Shown here piece by piece: positions 1 through 9,158 of a DNA stretch of 33,882 nucleotides. The translations under genes were made by a program, and so were the position numbers. Below the pieces are notes generated by a model that had not been told where the DNA came from, did no database searches, and was given only the letters and a program-made list of their open reading frames with translations. Source of the DNA: an uncultured Bryobacterales bacterium (GTDB taxonomy: Bacteria > Acidobacteriota > Terriglobia > Bryobacterales > UBA6623); NCBI GenBank assembly GCA_964649285.1, contig CAZYOX010000004.1:1-33882 (forward strand), written 5' to 3'. Every line of letters starts with the position of its first letter. Positions within the stretch are counted from its first letter, which is position 1.

Positions 1-582
1 GAGAAGGTGCTGTCGGGAGTATCCGAAGCCAAACTGTTGTTCGACTCGAAGGAGAGCAATAGCATCCACAGCTGGTCTCCTGACGGGCGTTATCTGCTGT
101 ACCAATCCAATGATGTCGGGGTGTGGGCCTTACCGATGGAGGGTAAGGACCGCAAGCCTTTGGGTCCCTTCAAGATGGCCAGTCCGCGAATTTCGCCTGA
201 CGGACGTTGGGTCGCCTATACATCGAATGAGTCTGGACAATACGAAGTATACGTGCAGGCATTTCCGCCAACCGAGGGGAAATGGCAGGTCTCTGTTTCG
301 GGCGGCAGAGAACCCACGTGGCGCAAGGACGGAAAGGAACTCTTCTATACTTGGGGGGACGCGTTATATTCGGCGGAAGTAAGAATGGACCAAGCCGTTT
401 TTCACTCCGGCCCTCCCGAACTCTTATTCCGAGTTCACCTCGATTCGCGGACCCGGCGAAGCCGTTATGACGTGGCCTCCAATGGGGAACGCTTCCTCGT
501 CAGCAAGCCGATTGAGAGTTTGGCGACGGGATTCACAGTCGCGCTACAGTGGAACCACTTCGATGCAGAAGGTCTCCGCTAG
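1..582 (+). CDS. 5'-truncated TolB-like/PD40 beta-propeller domain, probably the C-terminus of a Ser/Thr kinase-propeller protein
   Basis: Frame is open from base 1. Repeated WSPDGR/ISPDGR/WRKDGK blades, plus 'YTSNESGQYEVYV' and 'WQVSVSGGREP', typical of acidobacterial kinase-PD40 proteins. The kinase domain itself is not in the window. Confidence 0.75.
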   Translation, partial: EKVLSGVSEAKLLFDSKESNSIHSWSPDGRYLLYQSNDVGVWALPMEGKDRKPLGPFKMASPRISPDGRWVAYTSNESGQYEVYVQAFPPTEGKWQVSVSGGREPTWRKDGKELFYTWGDALYSAEVRMDQAVFHSGPPELLFRVHLDSRTRRSRYDVASNGERFLVSKPIESLATGFTVALQWNHFDAEGLR

Positions 583-636
583 GGCGGCGTCAAACTGGCG
601 TTTTCTTGACGGATATGACGCGGCTGAAGGAGTCGC

Positions 637-3063
637 ATGAAGGACCGGCAGCAAAAGGCTAGGCGTCCTAATCCGCAACCTAAGCCCAAAAAGGACGGTC
701 AGAAACCACAGACCGGAACTGAGCCGACGGCCTCGAGCAGGGGGCAGAAACGGATTGCGTTGGTTGCAGGAATCGCCGGCCTGCTTGTGGGCGTTGCACT
801 CTTTCTCTATTTCTCCCAAGGGGATTCACAAAACGCGAAGACGAGTCAGCCCAAACGAGTGTCGATCGCCGGATCCGAAGGGTATATCAACCCGGGCGTT
901 TGCGCGGACTGCCACCTAGACGTCTGGGAGACCTATCAGAAAACCGGCATGGGCCGCGCTTTCGCCCCCATGGGGCCAGAGACTATCGACCCAGCGTTTA
1001 CGGGCGACAACACCTTCTATCACAAGGCATCGGACCAGCACTTCACGATGTTCACCCGTGATGGGAAATACTACCAACGCCGCCATCAACTAGACGCCCA
1101 GGGTCGTGAGACCAACGTGCTGGAGAAGGAGATTCAGTTCGTGATGGGTTCGGGCAATCACGTTCGAACCTACCTCCATCGGACGCCCGAAGGGCGCGTG
1201 TTCGAGCTTCCCGTGAGCTGGTATTCGGAGAACGGAGGCTTCTGGGCGATGAGCCCTGGCTACGATCGCCCGGACCACGGCGGATTTCGCCGGCAGATCA
1301 ACTATCAATGTATGGGTTGTCATAACGGTTACCCGGAGATCGAGGAGGGCGGCGATCTGAGCGGTACCATGCCTGTATTGCCGGAAACGCTTCCGGCGGG
1401 GGTGGACTGCCAGCGCTGTCACGGACCCGGTCGTGCTCACGTGGAGATGGCCCAATCAAGCGAGCCGCCGCTCGACAAGATCCGACAGACCATTGTGAAT
1501 CCCGCACGTCTCAGCAGGGAGCGCCAACTCGACGTGTGCATGCAGTGCCACCTGGAGACCACCAGTTTCCAACTGCCCCAAGGCATCGTAAAGTACGAGC
1601 GCGGAATTTTCTCCTATCGCCCTGGCGAGCCGCTCAGCGATTACATGCTGCATTTCGATCATCCCGCGGGCTCGGGTCCAGAAGATAAGTTTGAGATCGC
1701 GCACGCGGCCTACCGCCTACGCATGTCTGAGTGCTTTCAGCAGAGTTCCGAACTCGTCTGCACGACGTGTCACAACCCTCACGACATCCCCCGCGGCGAG
1801 GAAGCGACGAAGCACTATACCGCTGTTTGTCTGAACTGCCACAACGCCGAGCTACAGAACTTGGCAGCTGCCAGCCGCCACACTTCGTCTCAGGAATGCG
1901 TGCAGTGCCACATGCCCAAGCGGCGCACCGACGATGTCGTGCATGCGGTCATGACGGACCATTTCATTCAACGGAACAAACCTGCCCGGGACCTATTGGC
2001 CCCTCTTGAGGAGCGGCGGGAAACGAACGAAACCGCCTACAAGGGTGAGGTTGCCAGCTATCCCGTCTCCAAGGAGCCCGCCGCGGATAGCGATTTGTAC
2101 CTGGCAGTAGCGCAGGTAAGGCAAGGAGCGAATCTGCAGAAGGGGATTCCACGATTGGAGGAGGCGCTGCGGACACGGAACCCCGAACAGGGAGAGTTCT
2201 ACTTCGAACTCGCGGAGGCATACTCGAAGACCAATGAATCCGCAAAGGCGATTGCCGCCTATCGGGAAGCGGTAGCGCGGTCTCCGGAGTTCTGGCCGGC
2301 AATTCACAAGCTGGGATTGGCGCTAGGAAACGCCGGTATGGTGGAAGAGGCGCGCCAAACCCTACGACGCGCCTCTGAATTGCGGCCCGACGATCCAGCC
2401 GTGCTGAATGATCTGGCGGTGCTCGATCTTAGAGAAGGCAGGGTCGCTGAGGCGAGCGGCGAACTGCAAAGAGCGCTCCAGATCGATCCGGATCTCTCCG
2501 AAGGCCATAGGAACCTTGGGCTAGCGCGTTTGCGACTGGGAGACAGGGTCCAAGGAGAAGCCTCCTTGCGGGAAGCGATCAGGCTGGACCCGACGTTTGC
2601 GGCTGCTTACAAGGATTTGGCTGATCTGCTGGCGCAGGACAACGCCGAACAGGCTCAGCTTTATTACCAAAAGGCGGTTGCGTTGGATCCGACCAATGCC
2701 AGCATGGTCTACGATTTCGCACTATTTCTCGTGCGGCAAGAAAGGTATTCCGAAGCAGAGAGGAATTTTGAAGCCGCGGCCAAGTTGGAGCCCTCACATG
2801 CGCGCGCGATCACAGGCCTGGCTGACGTGGCGACTCTTCGCGGTGAGGTCGACGCAGCTATTCAGCAATATAAGCGGGCCCTCCGAATCGACCCGGAGCT
2901 ACGCGCGGCGCACCTAGGTTTGGGCTTCGCTCTGGCGTTCCAGGGGCAGCCCGAGGCGGCCATTGAGCACTTCCAGATTGCTGCCCGCAGTCCAGATCCG
3001 GCCATTCAACAAGCTGCCCTGGAGGCCTTGCAAGCAGGATCTGCGCCACTTCCGAATCGTTAG
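637..3063 (+). CDS. Membrane-anchored multiheme c-type cytochrome with C-terminal TPR repeats
   Basis: AAGGAG RBS. N-terminal TM helix (IALVAGIAGLLVGVALFLYF). Seven CxxCH motifs (CADCH, CMGCH, CQRCH, CMQCH, CTTCH, CLNCH, CVQCH). About 300 aa of TPR-like repeats (ALQIDP, AIRLDP, AVALDP, ALRIDP). Confidence 0.9.
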   Translation: MKDRQQKARRPNPQPKPKKDGQKPQTGTEPTASSRGQKRIALVAGIAGLLVGVALFLYFSQGDSQNAKTSQPKRVSIAGSEGYINPGVCADCHLDVWETYQKTGMGRAFAPMGPETIDPAFTGDNTFYHKASDQHFTMFTRDGKYYQRRHQLDAQGRETNVLEKEIQFVMGSGNHVRTYLHRTPEGRVFELPVSWYSENGGFWAMSPGYDRPDHGGFRRQINYQCMGCHNGYPEIEEGGDLSGTMPVLPETLPAGVDCQRCHGPGRAHVEMAQSSEPPLDKIRQTIVNPARLSRERQLDVCMQCHLETTSFQLPQGIVKYERGIFSYRPGEPLSDYMLHFDHPAGSGPEDKFEIAHAAYRLRMSECFQQSSELVCTTCHNPHDIPRGEEATKHYTAVCLNCHNAELQNLAAASRHTSSQECVQCHMPKRRTDDVVHAVMTDHFIQRNKPARDLLAPLEERRETNETAYKGEVASYPVSKEPAADSDLYLAVAQVRQGANLQKGIPRLEEALRTRNPEQGEFYFELAEAYSKTNESAKAIAAYREAVARSPEFWPAIHKLGLALGNAGMVEEARQTLRRASELRPDDPAVLNDLAVLDLREGRVAEASGELQRALQIDPDLSEGHRNLGLARLRLGDRVQGEASLREAIRLDPTFAAAYKDLADLLAQDNAEQAQLYYQKAVALDPTNASMVYDFALFLVRQERYSEAERNFEAAAKLEPSHARAITGLADVATLRGEVDAAIQQYKRALRIDPELRAAHLGLGFALAFQGQPEAAIEHFQIAARSPDPAIQQAALEALQAGSAPLPNR

Positions 3064-3424
3064 TAGATTGAAAACAAAGGCTGGAAACCCGACCTAATAA
3101 TTCCCTAAGAACTCCCTGCGGCCTCGCTAATGGTCTTTGGCCGCCCAACTTCCTATCTGTAGGGAGGCCACGGGCGTCCTGCAGCGGCGGCGGTTAACCG
3201 TCAATATCGCGTCCGATTCCCTTGCGGCAGCTTTCGTATGGCGACTGAACCGACGATTCGAGTTGATAGCCGAGCATCGGAGAAGGCGCCGCGGTCGCCG
3301 GAGCGTTAAGCGATTCTTATGATTGAACGCTTAGCAGCCGGTTGGCCGGATGCCGGTGTCCCCCGTTTTGGGGAACTGGCCTTAGTCCTCATAAATAACT
3401 ACGAACTTCCTCTAAAGAACCTCC

Positions 3425-3454
3425 TTGAACTACGGTTCGAAACGGGCGTATAAA
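3425..3454 (+). promoter_or_regulatory. Putative sigma70 promoter for the TonB receptor operon
   Basis: TTGAAC (3425-3430), 18 nt spacer, TATAAA (3449-3454), about 100 nt upstream of the GTG start. Confidence 0.45.
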
Positions 3455-3557
3455 TTTTCACGGTTCATGGGGTTCACAGGGCCGGTAGGGAAAAACTGTC
3501 CGTCTGCTCAAGTGGCTACCACGAAACGTAAACATCGTTTTTGCAGGAGTTGTTTTT

Positions 3558-6500
3558 GTGAACAAATTTAAACGCTGGTGTCTGATGGTTGCTGCGCTTC
3601 TAACCACGGCTGTGGTTGGCGTGGCACAGGTCACGACGGCGACAGTGGCGGGGACGGTTACCGACCCTTCGGGCGCGGCCATTCCCGGGGCCACGGTCAC
3701 GATAACCCAAGAAGGAACGCAAGCCGTAACCACCAAGGCTACGAATGAGGCAGGAGACTTTCAGTTCGACTTCGTCCGGACGGGGACGTATACCCTCGCG
3801 ATTGAGGGGGAAGGATTTAAGCGCCATCAGGTTAACGGATTGCAGCTGACTAGCGGTCAGAGCATCCGCAACACCTACATCCTGGAAATCGGCCAGGTTA
3901 CGGAAACGCTGGTCGTTGAGGGCGTCGCCGTGCAGCTCAACACGGTCTCGTCCGAGCAAGCCGAAGCGCTTAACGGGGATTCGGTGCAGGAGTTGCCTTT
4001 GGCTCGCCGCAACTTCGCGGCAGTCCTGGGAATCGGTGCTGGCGTGAACCGGTCCGACGGAGCCGTACGGCTTAACGGCGTGGGCCGGTACGGCACGGGC
4101 TACTCGGTAGACGGCACGGACGCCAACGCGAATCCCGAGGGACGCAGCTCAGCGACCTTCCAAGTCGCCAACTACATCGATGTGTTGAGCGTGGAGTCGG
4201 TCGCCGAGGTGAACACGGTGAAGGGCGTGCTGCCGGCCGAATACGGGGCCGTATTGGGCGGCCAGATCAACGTTATGACCAAGTCCGGCACCAATGAGTT
4301 CCACGGGTCGGTCTTTGAGAATTTCCAGGCGGAGAATCTGAACGCGGCCGATCCTTGGGTTGGCAACGGCACCAAGGTTCCGTACACTTACAACGGATTT
4401 GGCGGTTCTGCGGGTGGTCCCATCGTTCGCGACAAGGTCTTTATCTTCGGCGCCTTCGAAGCGTACCGCGAGGCGCGTGTACAGCGCATTCAGAGCCAAG
4501 TTCCAACCCAGTTCATGCGAGACCAGATGCTGGCCGCGCAACCCGTTTACATTGAGGCGCTCCGACTCGTACCTTTGCCGAATCGTCCGCATAACCCCAC
4601 AGCCAACGCTGCCCAATTCGAAGGGATAGGCAGCAACAAGCGGCAGGACAACCACGCGGACGCAAAACTGGATTGGCGGCTGAACTCCAATCACAATCTA
4701 GCCTTCAGCTATAGTCGAGGCCGGCCCGAGTACGAAGACTCGACCCTTACTACGGTCGTCGATCCGTCGTGGACGAACTTCAGCGAAACGACGTCAGAAC
4801 GCTTCAGCGTAAGCTATGTAACGGCCGGACCCACGTGGGCCTCAGAGGCTCGCTTTGGTTACAACGTCAACGACGTCTTCAACGGCAACAGGGCTTTTGT
4901 GGATATCGTCGACCCGCGCGAAACCGTTTTGTTCACGCGTCGCCACGGGCGTATCAGCACGAACTTGGGCTTCAATACTCCGGGCGGACAAGTCATCTGG
5001 CTCGAAGGGCCGACCTGGACGATTGGCGAAAAGTTCTCGAAACAGATGGGACGACACTCCATCAAGTTCGGCGGACTCTACATCAACCACGGCGGCCAGC
5101 GAGACAACCCGGAAACGGTAGTCCATACTTATGCAGGGCTACCGGATTTGCTGGCTAACATTCCTAGTCAGATCAACGTATCCTTCGGCAACGGCCAATA
5201 TTCGGCAACGATGTGGGAACTGGGCACGTTTGTCCAGGACGACTGGCGCGTTGCCCAAAACGTAACGCTGAACATCGGCTTGCGGTATGACTATAACGCC
5301 CATCTGGTGGCAACCCCGGATGAGCCTGGCGGACCGGTGCTGGTCAATCCTGACGGCCTGCTCGACACCAACTTCAACTACGGTCAGATCCGTCCTTACG
5401 ACAATCCGTACGAGAGCGACGGAAACAATTTAGGACCGCGGTTCGGATTTGCCTGGGATCTGGGCGGTCGCGGCAAGACGGTCATTCGCGGCGGCACGGG
5501 ATTCCTGTTCAGCCCGTTGATCATCGGCGGTCTCTATCCGTCGGTCGGTCTGAAAAACGCTCCCAAGCGCGTGTACTTTAGCCGCAACGACGCTGTGCGT
5601 TATGGCTTGAAGTTCCCGATGCAAAATGCCGACTATCTGGACGTCGCGCTAACCCAAGTAGAAACGGAAGGTATCAGCAATATCTTCTCGATCATCCACC
5701 CACAAATCCAAAGCCCGTATACGCAGAGCATTATGTTCGGCATTCAGCGGCAGTTGACCGAGGGCCTTGTACTGGAGACAGGGTATGTGGGAACGCGCGG
5801 AACCAAGTTCGTCATGTACCGCGCCGCCAACGAAGTGGATCGCATCACGGGCATTCGTCCGAATCCCAATCTGCGGTTGAACTTCTACGCGGACAACTCG
5901 CAAACGATGAACTACAATGCTTGGCAGACTTCCATCCGCAAGCGCTATAACAACGGCCTTTCGGGAAGCTTCCATTACACCTGGTCCAAGGCCATGTCGA
6001 CCAACGGTGCTGAAATCGGCGCTTACTTCCAAGGCGACAACGACTCGGTCTACCAAGATTTCTGGAACACGAAAGCCGAATGGGGACCGACGCCCAGCGA
6101 CCTGAGGCATAACTTCGCCGGCGAGTGGATGTATGAGCTGCCGACGCCTGCAAGGCTGAGCCAAGGCCTTGCTGGACAAATCTTCGGCGGCTGGACTCTG
6201 GCCGGCATCTTCTCGGCGCAGAGCGGTCAACCGTTGCATGTCACTCAGTCCACCAGCCGGTATTACCAGCGGCCCGATTACATTGGCGGAGAGGCCATTG
6301 CGGACGACTGGGAAGAAACGGGAAGGTACCTCAACCGATCTAGTTTTGCGCAAGTGCCGTTGAGCCCCGCTTCGGGAGCGGCGATTCGGCCTGGAACTCT
6401 GGCCCGGTCCGTGCTTCGCGGTCCGAGCCAGTGGAACGTGGATTTCAGCTTGGGCAAGACCGTTCTCTTCGGGGAGAGCATGCGGATGCAGATTCGCGGA

Positions 6501-6632
6501 GACTTCCTGAACGGACTTAACCATATCAATCCAGGTAACCCAGTAACTGCTATTAATAATTCGAACTTCGGAAATATTATTAGCGTCAGAGGAGTCCGTG
6601 TCATACAGTTAAGTGGCCGGTTCAGCTGGTAG
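3558..6632 (+). CDS. TonB-dependent receptor, Oar-like, with N-terminal carboxypeptidase-regulatory-like domain
   Basis: AGGAG RBS, signal peptide, 'GTVTDPSGAAIPGATVT', 'TKSGTNEFHGS', 'FVQDDWRV..NVTLNIGLRYD', 'NLGPRFGFAWD', C-terminal 'RVIQLSGRFSW'. Confidence 0.93.
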   Translation: MNKFKRWCLMVAALLTTAVVGVAQVTTATVAGTVTDPSGAAIPGATVTITQEGTQAVTTKATNEAGDFQFDFVRTGTYTLAIEGEGFKRHQVNGLQLTSGQSIRNTYILEIGQVTETLVVEGVAVQLNTVSSEQAEALNGDSVQELPLARRNFAAVLGIGAGVNRSDGAVRLNGVGRYGTGYSVDGTDANANPEGRSSATFQVANYIDVLSVESVAEVNTVKGVLPAEYGAVLGGQINVMTKSGTNEFHGSVFENFQAENLNAADPWVGNGTKVPYTYNGFGGSAGGPIVRDKVFIFGAFEAYREARVQRIQSQVPTQFMRDQMLAAQPVYIEALRLVPLPNRPHNPTANAAQFEGIGSNKRQDNHADAKLDWRLNSNHNLAFSYSRGRPEYEDSTLTTVVDPSWTNFSETTSERFSVSYVTAGPTWASEARFGYNVNDVFNGNRAFVDIVDPRETVLFTRRHGRISTNLGFNTPGGQVIWLEGPTWTIGEKFSKQMGRHSIKFGGLYINHGGQRDNPETVVHTYAGLPDLLANIPSQINVSFGNGQYSATMWELGTFVQDDWRVAQNVTLNIGLRYDYNAHLVATPDEPGGPVLVNPDGLLDTNFNYGQIRPYDNPYESDGNNLGPRFGFAWDLGGRGKTVIRGGTGFLFSPLIIGGLYPSVGLKNAPKRVYFSRNDAVRYGLKFPMQNADYLDVALTQVETEGISNIFSIIHPQIQSPYTQSIMFGIQRQLTEGLVLETGYVGTRGTKFVMYRAANEVDRITGIRPNPNLRLNFYADNSQTMNYNAWQTSIRKRYNNGLSGSFHYTWSKAMSTNGAEIGAYFQGDNDSVYQDFWNTKAEWGPTPSDLRHNFAGEWMYELPTPARLSQGLAGQIFGGWTLAGIFSAQSGQPLHVTQSTSRYYQRPDYIGGEAIADDWEETGRYLNRSSFAQVPLSPASGAAIRPGTLARSVLRGPSQWNVDFSLGKTVLFGESMRMQIRGDFLNGLNHINPGNPVTAINNSNFGNIISVRGVRVIQLSGRFSW

Positions 6633-6640
6633 GACAACGC

Positions 6641-6676
6641 GTGCTATCGCTTCCCGGCGGCGGGAAGCGATAGCAT
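6641..6676 (+). promoter_or_regulatory. Strong intercistronic hairpin (mRNA stabiliser or partial terminator)
   Basis: Perfect 15-bp stem tgctatcgcttcccg/cgggaagcgatagca with 4-nt loop, directly after the receptor stop. No U-tract. Confidence 0.65.
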
Positions 6677-6722
6677 CGCTAGGAAGCAACGAACCTGACC
6701 GAAGAACTGGAGGAGGCGACAG

Positions 6723-9134
6723 ATGATGGGCCCGAAGCATTCCACAGGGGCTGCGAAGTTACAAATTGCCGGACTAGCGGCGCTTTTGGTCTGCGCACCG
6801 GTCGAGACGCTCGCACAGACCCCGACTGAGCAGCAGTTCTTCGATCAGTATTGCGCGGCGTGCCATAACGACCGTGTTCGCACGGGCAATTTCAGTCTGA
6901 GTCAGGTCGACTTCTCGAAGTTTGGCGCGCAACCAGAATTAGGCGAGAAGATTCTTCGGAAGCTGCATACAGGCACAATGCCGCCGCCTGACATTCCGCA
7001 GCCTTCGGACGCGGATCGCCACGCGATAGTGACGCGGCTTGAGGCATCGCTCGATGCCGCTTCAGCGGCAAACCTGAATCCCGGCCGCACCGAGACTGTG
7101 CGGCGTCTGAATCGAACTGAGTATAAGAATGCCATCCGCGACCTGCTGGCGCTCGACATTGATGTCAATTCGCTGCTGCCCGCTGACGACAGCGGTCATG
7201 GCTTCGACAACGTCAACGTGGGTGATTTGTCATCGACGCTGCTTAGTCGGTACATTTCGGCCGCCCAGACGATCAGCGACCTTGCCATTGGCAGTACGCA
7301 ATCTTCTCTGCAAAGCGACACGATTTACCTGGCCGCGGATCTGACGCAGGAAGAGCACTTGGCTGGGCTGCCGCTTGGCACCCGCGGCGGATTCACAACA
7401 TCGTATTTGTTTTCCCAAGACGGCGAGTATGACATCCAGGTGTTCCTCGCGCGCAATCTGGAGGGGCTTGCCGGAGGATTGCGTGACTCGCGCGTGCACG
7501 AAATGTTGGTGTTGATCGACCGGGAACCGGTCAAGACCTTTTATCTTGAGAAGCCGGAATCCGGCGACGTGTTCGACAAGGATTTGAAAGTGCGCATCCC
7601 CGTGACGGCCGGTCCGCACGATATTAGCGTGACCTTCGTCAAGGAAGGTTCCTCCCTTATCGACACGCCGAGGCAACCCACGGAGTCTCGCTTCAATGAA
7701 AGGCGAAACTACCGAACCGTGCCCGCGATCAATCAGGTGTCTGTGATTGGGCCTTATGAGGCGAAAGGCGTCGGCGACACGCCAAGCCGCCGCCGCTTGT
7801 TTGTGTGCCGGCCTGAAAGTGAAGACAAGGCAGTGGAAGAGGCCTGTGCGGACACGATTCTGTCGACGCTGATGAAGCGCGCCTATCGGCGGCCGATAAC
7901 GCAAGCTGAAGTTGATATCCCGATGGAGTTCTATCGAAATGCGCGCGCCAAGGGCACTTTCGATAGCGGCATCGCGATGGCGCTCAGTTCTGTGCTGGTC
8001 AATCCGCAGTTCCTTTTCCGTGTTGAAAGAGACCCGAAGACAGTAGGGGCGAACGGCGTCTATAAGGTTTCCGATCTGGAGCTGGCGTCGCGGCTGTCAT
8101 TCTTCTTATGGAGCAGCATTCCGGACGATGAATTGCTGGATGTTGCCATTCAAGGGAAGCTAAGTCAGCCTGCAGAGCTGGAGAAGCAGACGCGTAGAAT
8201 GCTCGCTGACAAGCGGTCATTTAACCTAGCGACAAACTTCGCGGGACAGTGGCTGCGGCTGCGCAATCTTGACGCTGTAAGGCCGACTGCCTCCATCTAT
8301 CCGGACTTTGACGATAACGTTCGTCAAGCCTTTCGTCAGGAGACGGAACTCTTCTTCGACAGCGTGCTGCGCGAGGATAGAAGCGTCCGTACATTCATCA
8401 AGTCGGACTACACTTTTCTGAACGAACGTCTGGCGAAACACTACGGAATCAATACGGTCTATGGAAGCCGGTTCCGGCGCGTTACGCTGCCTCCCGGCAG
8501 TAAGCGCGGCGGTCTGCTGCGGCAAGGCAGCGTGCTGTCGGTTACCTCGTACGCGAACCGGACGTCGCCCGTGCTGCGCGGGGTATTGGTGCTTAACAAT
8601 ATGTTGGGCGCGCCCCCGCCCGCTCCGCCGCCGAACGTACCGGCTCTCGACGAGAGTGGGGCGGCAGCCAATCTTCCGATGCGTGAACGGCTCGCTGCCC
8701 ATCGCAGCAACGCTGTCTGCGCCAGCTGCCATCGCACGATCGATCCAGTGGGTTTTTCTCTCGAAAACTACAACGCGATCGGGCAGTGGAGAGAGTTGGA
8801 AGTGGAAGGGGCAGCGGTGGATTCGTCTGGAGCCGTGCCTGGCGACACACCGTTCCATGGAGTCAGCGGCCTCGAGGAGGCGTTGTTGCGCCGTCCTGAA
8901 CTGTTTGTTGGAGCGTTGTCGGAGAACCTGCTGACCTTCGCGCTCGGACGAGGCGTCGAGTATTATGATGCGCCGGCCATCCGCAAGATTGTCCAGGAAG
9001 CCGAGAAGGACGACTACCGGTTCTCGTCATTGCTTCTCGGAATCGTGCGGAGCGCTCCGTTTCAAATGCGGCGCGCGGAAGTGACTCAGGTGAATGCGTC
9101 GGCGCAAGCTGTCGAGACGGCAAGTACCCGATAA
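6723..9134 (+). CDS. DUF1592-family (DUF1587/1595/1592/1588/1585, PSD-type) c-type cytochrome protein
   Basis: GGAGGAGG RBS, Sec signal, CAACH and CASCH heme motifs, 'RRLNRTEY.NAIRDLL', 'ELASRLSFFLWSSIPDDELL', 'FAGQWL', 'RTSPVLRG', 'LLTFALGR'. Confidence 0.9.
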   Translation: MMGPKHSTGAAKLQIAGLAALLVCAPVETLAQTPTEQQFFDQYCAACHNDRVRTGNFSLSQVDFSKFGAQPELGEKILRKLHTGTMPPPDIPQPSDADRHAIVTRLEASLDAASAANLNPGRTETVRRLNRTEYKNAIRDLLALDIDVNSLLPADDSGHGFDNVNVGDLSSTLLSRYISAAQTISDLAIGSTQSSLQSDTIYLAADLTQEEHLAGLPLGTRGGFTTSYLFSQDGEYDIQVFLARNLEGLAGGLRDSRVHEMLVLIDREPVKTFYLEKPESGDVFDKDLKVRIPVTAGPHDISVTFVKEGSSLIDTPRQPTESRFNERRNYRTVPAINQVSVIGPYEAKGVGDTPSRRRLFVCRPESEDKAVEEACADTILSTLMKRAYRRPITQAEVDIPMEFYRNARAKGTFDSGIAMALSSVLVNPQFLFRVERDPKTVGANGVYKVSDLELASRLSFFLWSSIPDDELLDVAIQGKLSQPAELEKQTRRMLADKRSFNLATNFAGQWLRLRNLDAVRPTASIYPDFDDNVRQAFRQETELFFDSVLREDRSVRTFIKSDYTFLNERLAKHYGINTVYGSRFRRVTLPPGSKRGGLLRQGSVLSVTSYANRTSPVLRGVLVLNNMLGAPPPAPPPNVPALDESGAAANLPMRERLAAHRSNAVCASCHRTIDPVGFSLENYNAIGQWRELEVEGAAVDSSGAVPGDTPFHGVSGLEEALLRRPELFVGALSENLLTFALGRGVEYYDAPAIRKIVQEAEKDDYRFSSLLLGIVRSAPFQMRRAEVTQVNASAQAVETASTR

Positions 9135-9158
9135 GGCACTAGATAGAAGGAGACGATC

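Noticed and set aside
637-6632. MtrAB-like porin-cytochrome electron conduit
   Set aside because: The barrel is an Oar-type TonB receptor with a plug, not MtrB, and the cytochrome is a TPR fusion rather than a decaheme MtrA.
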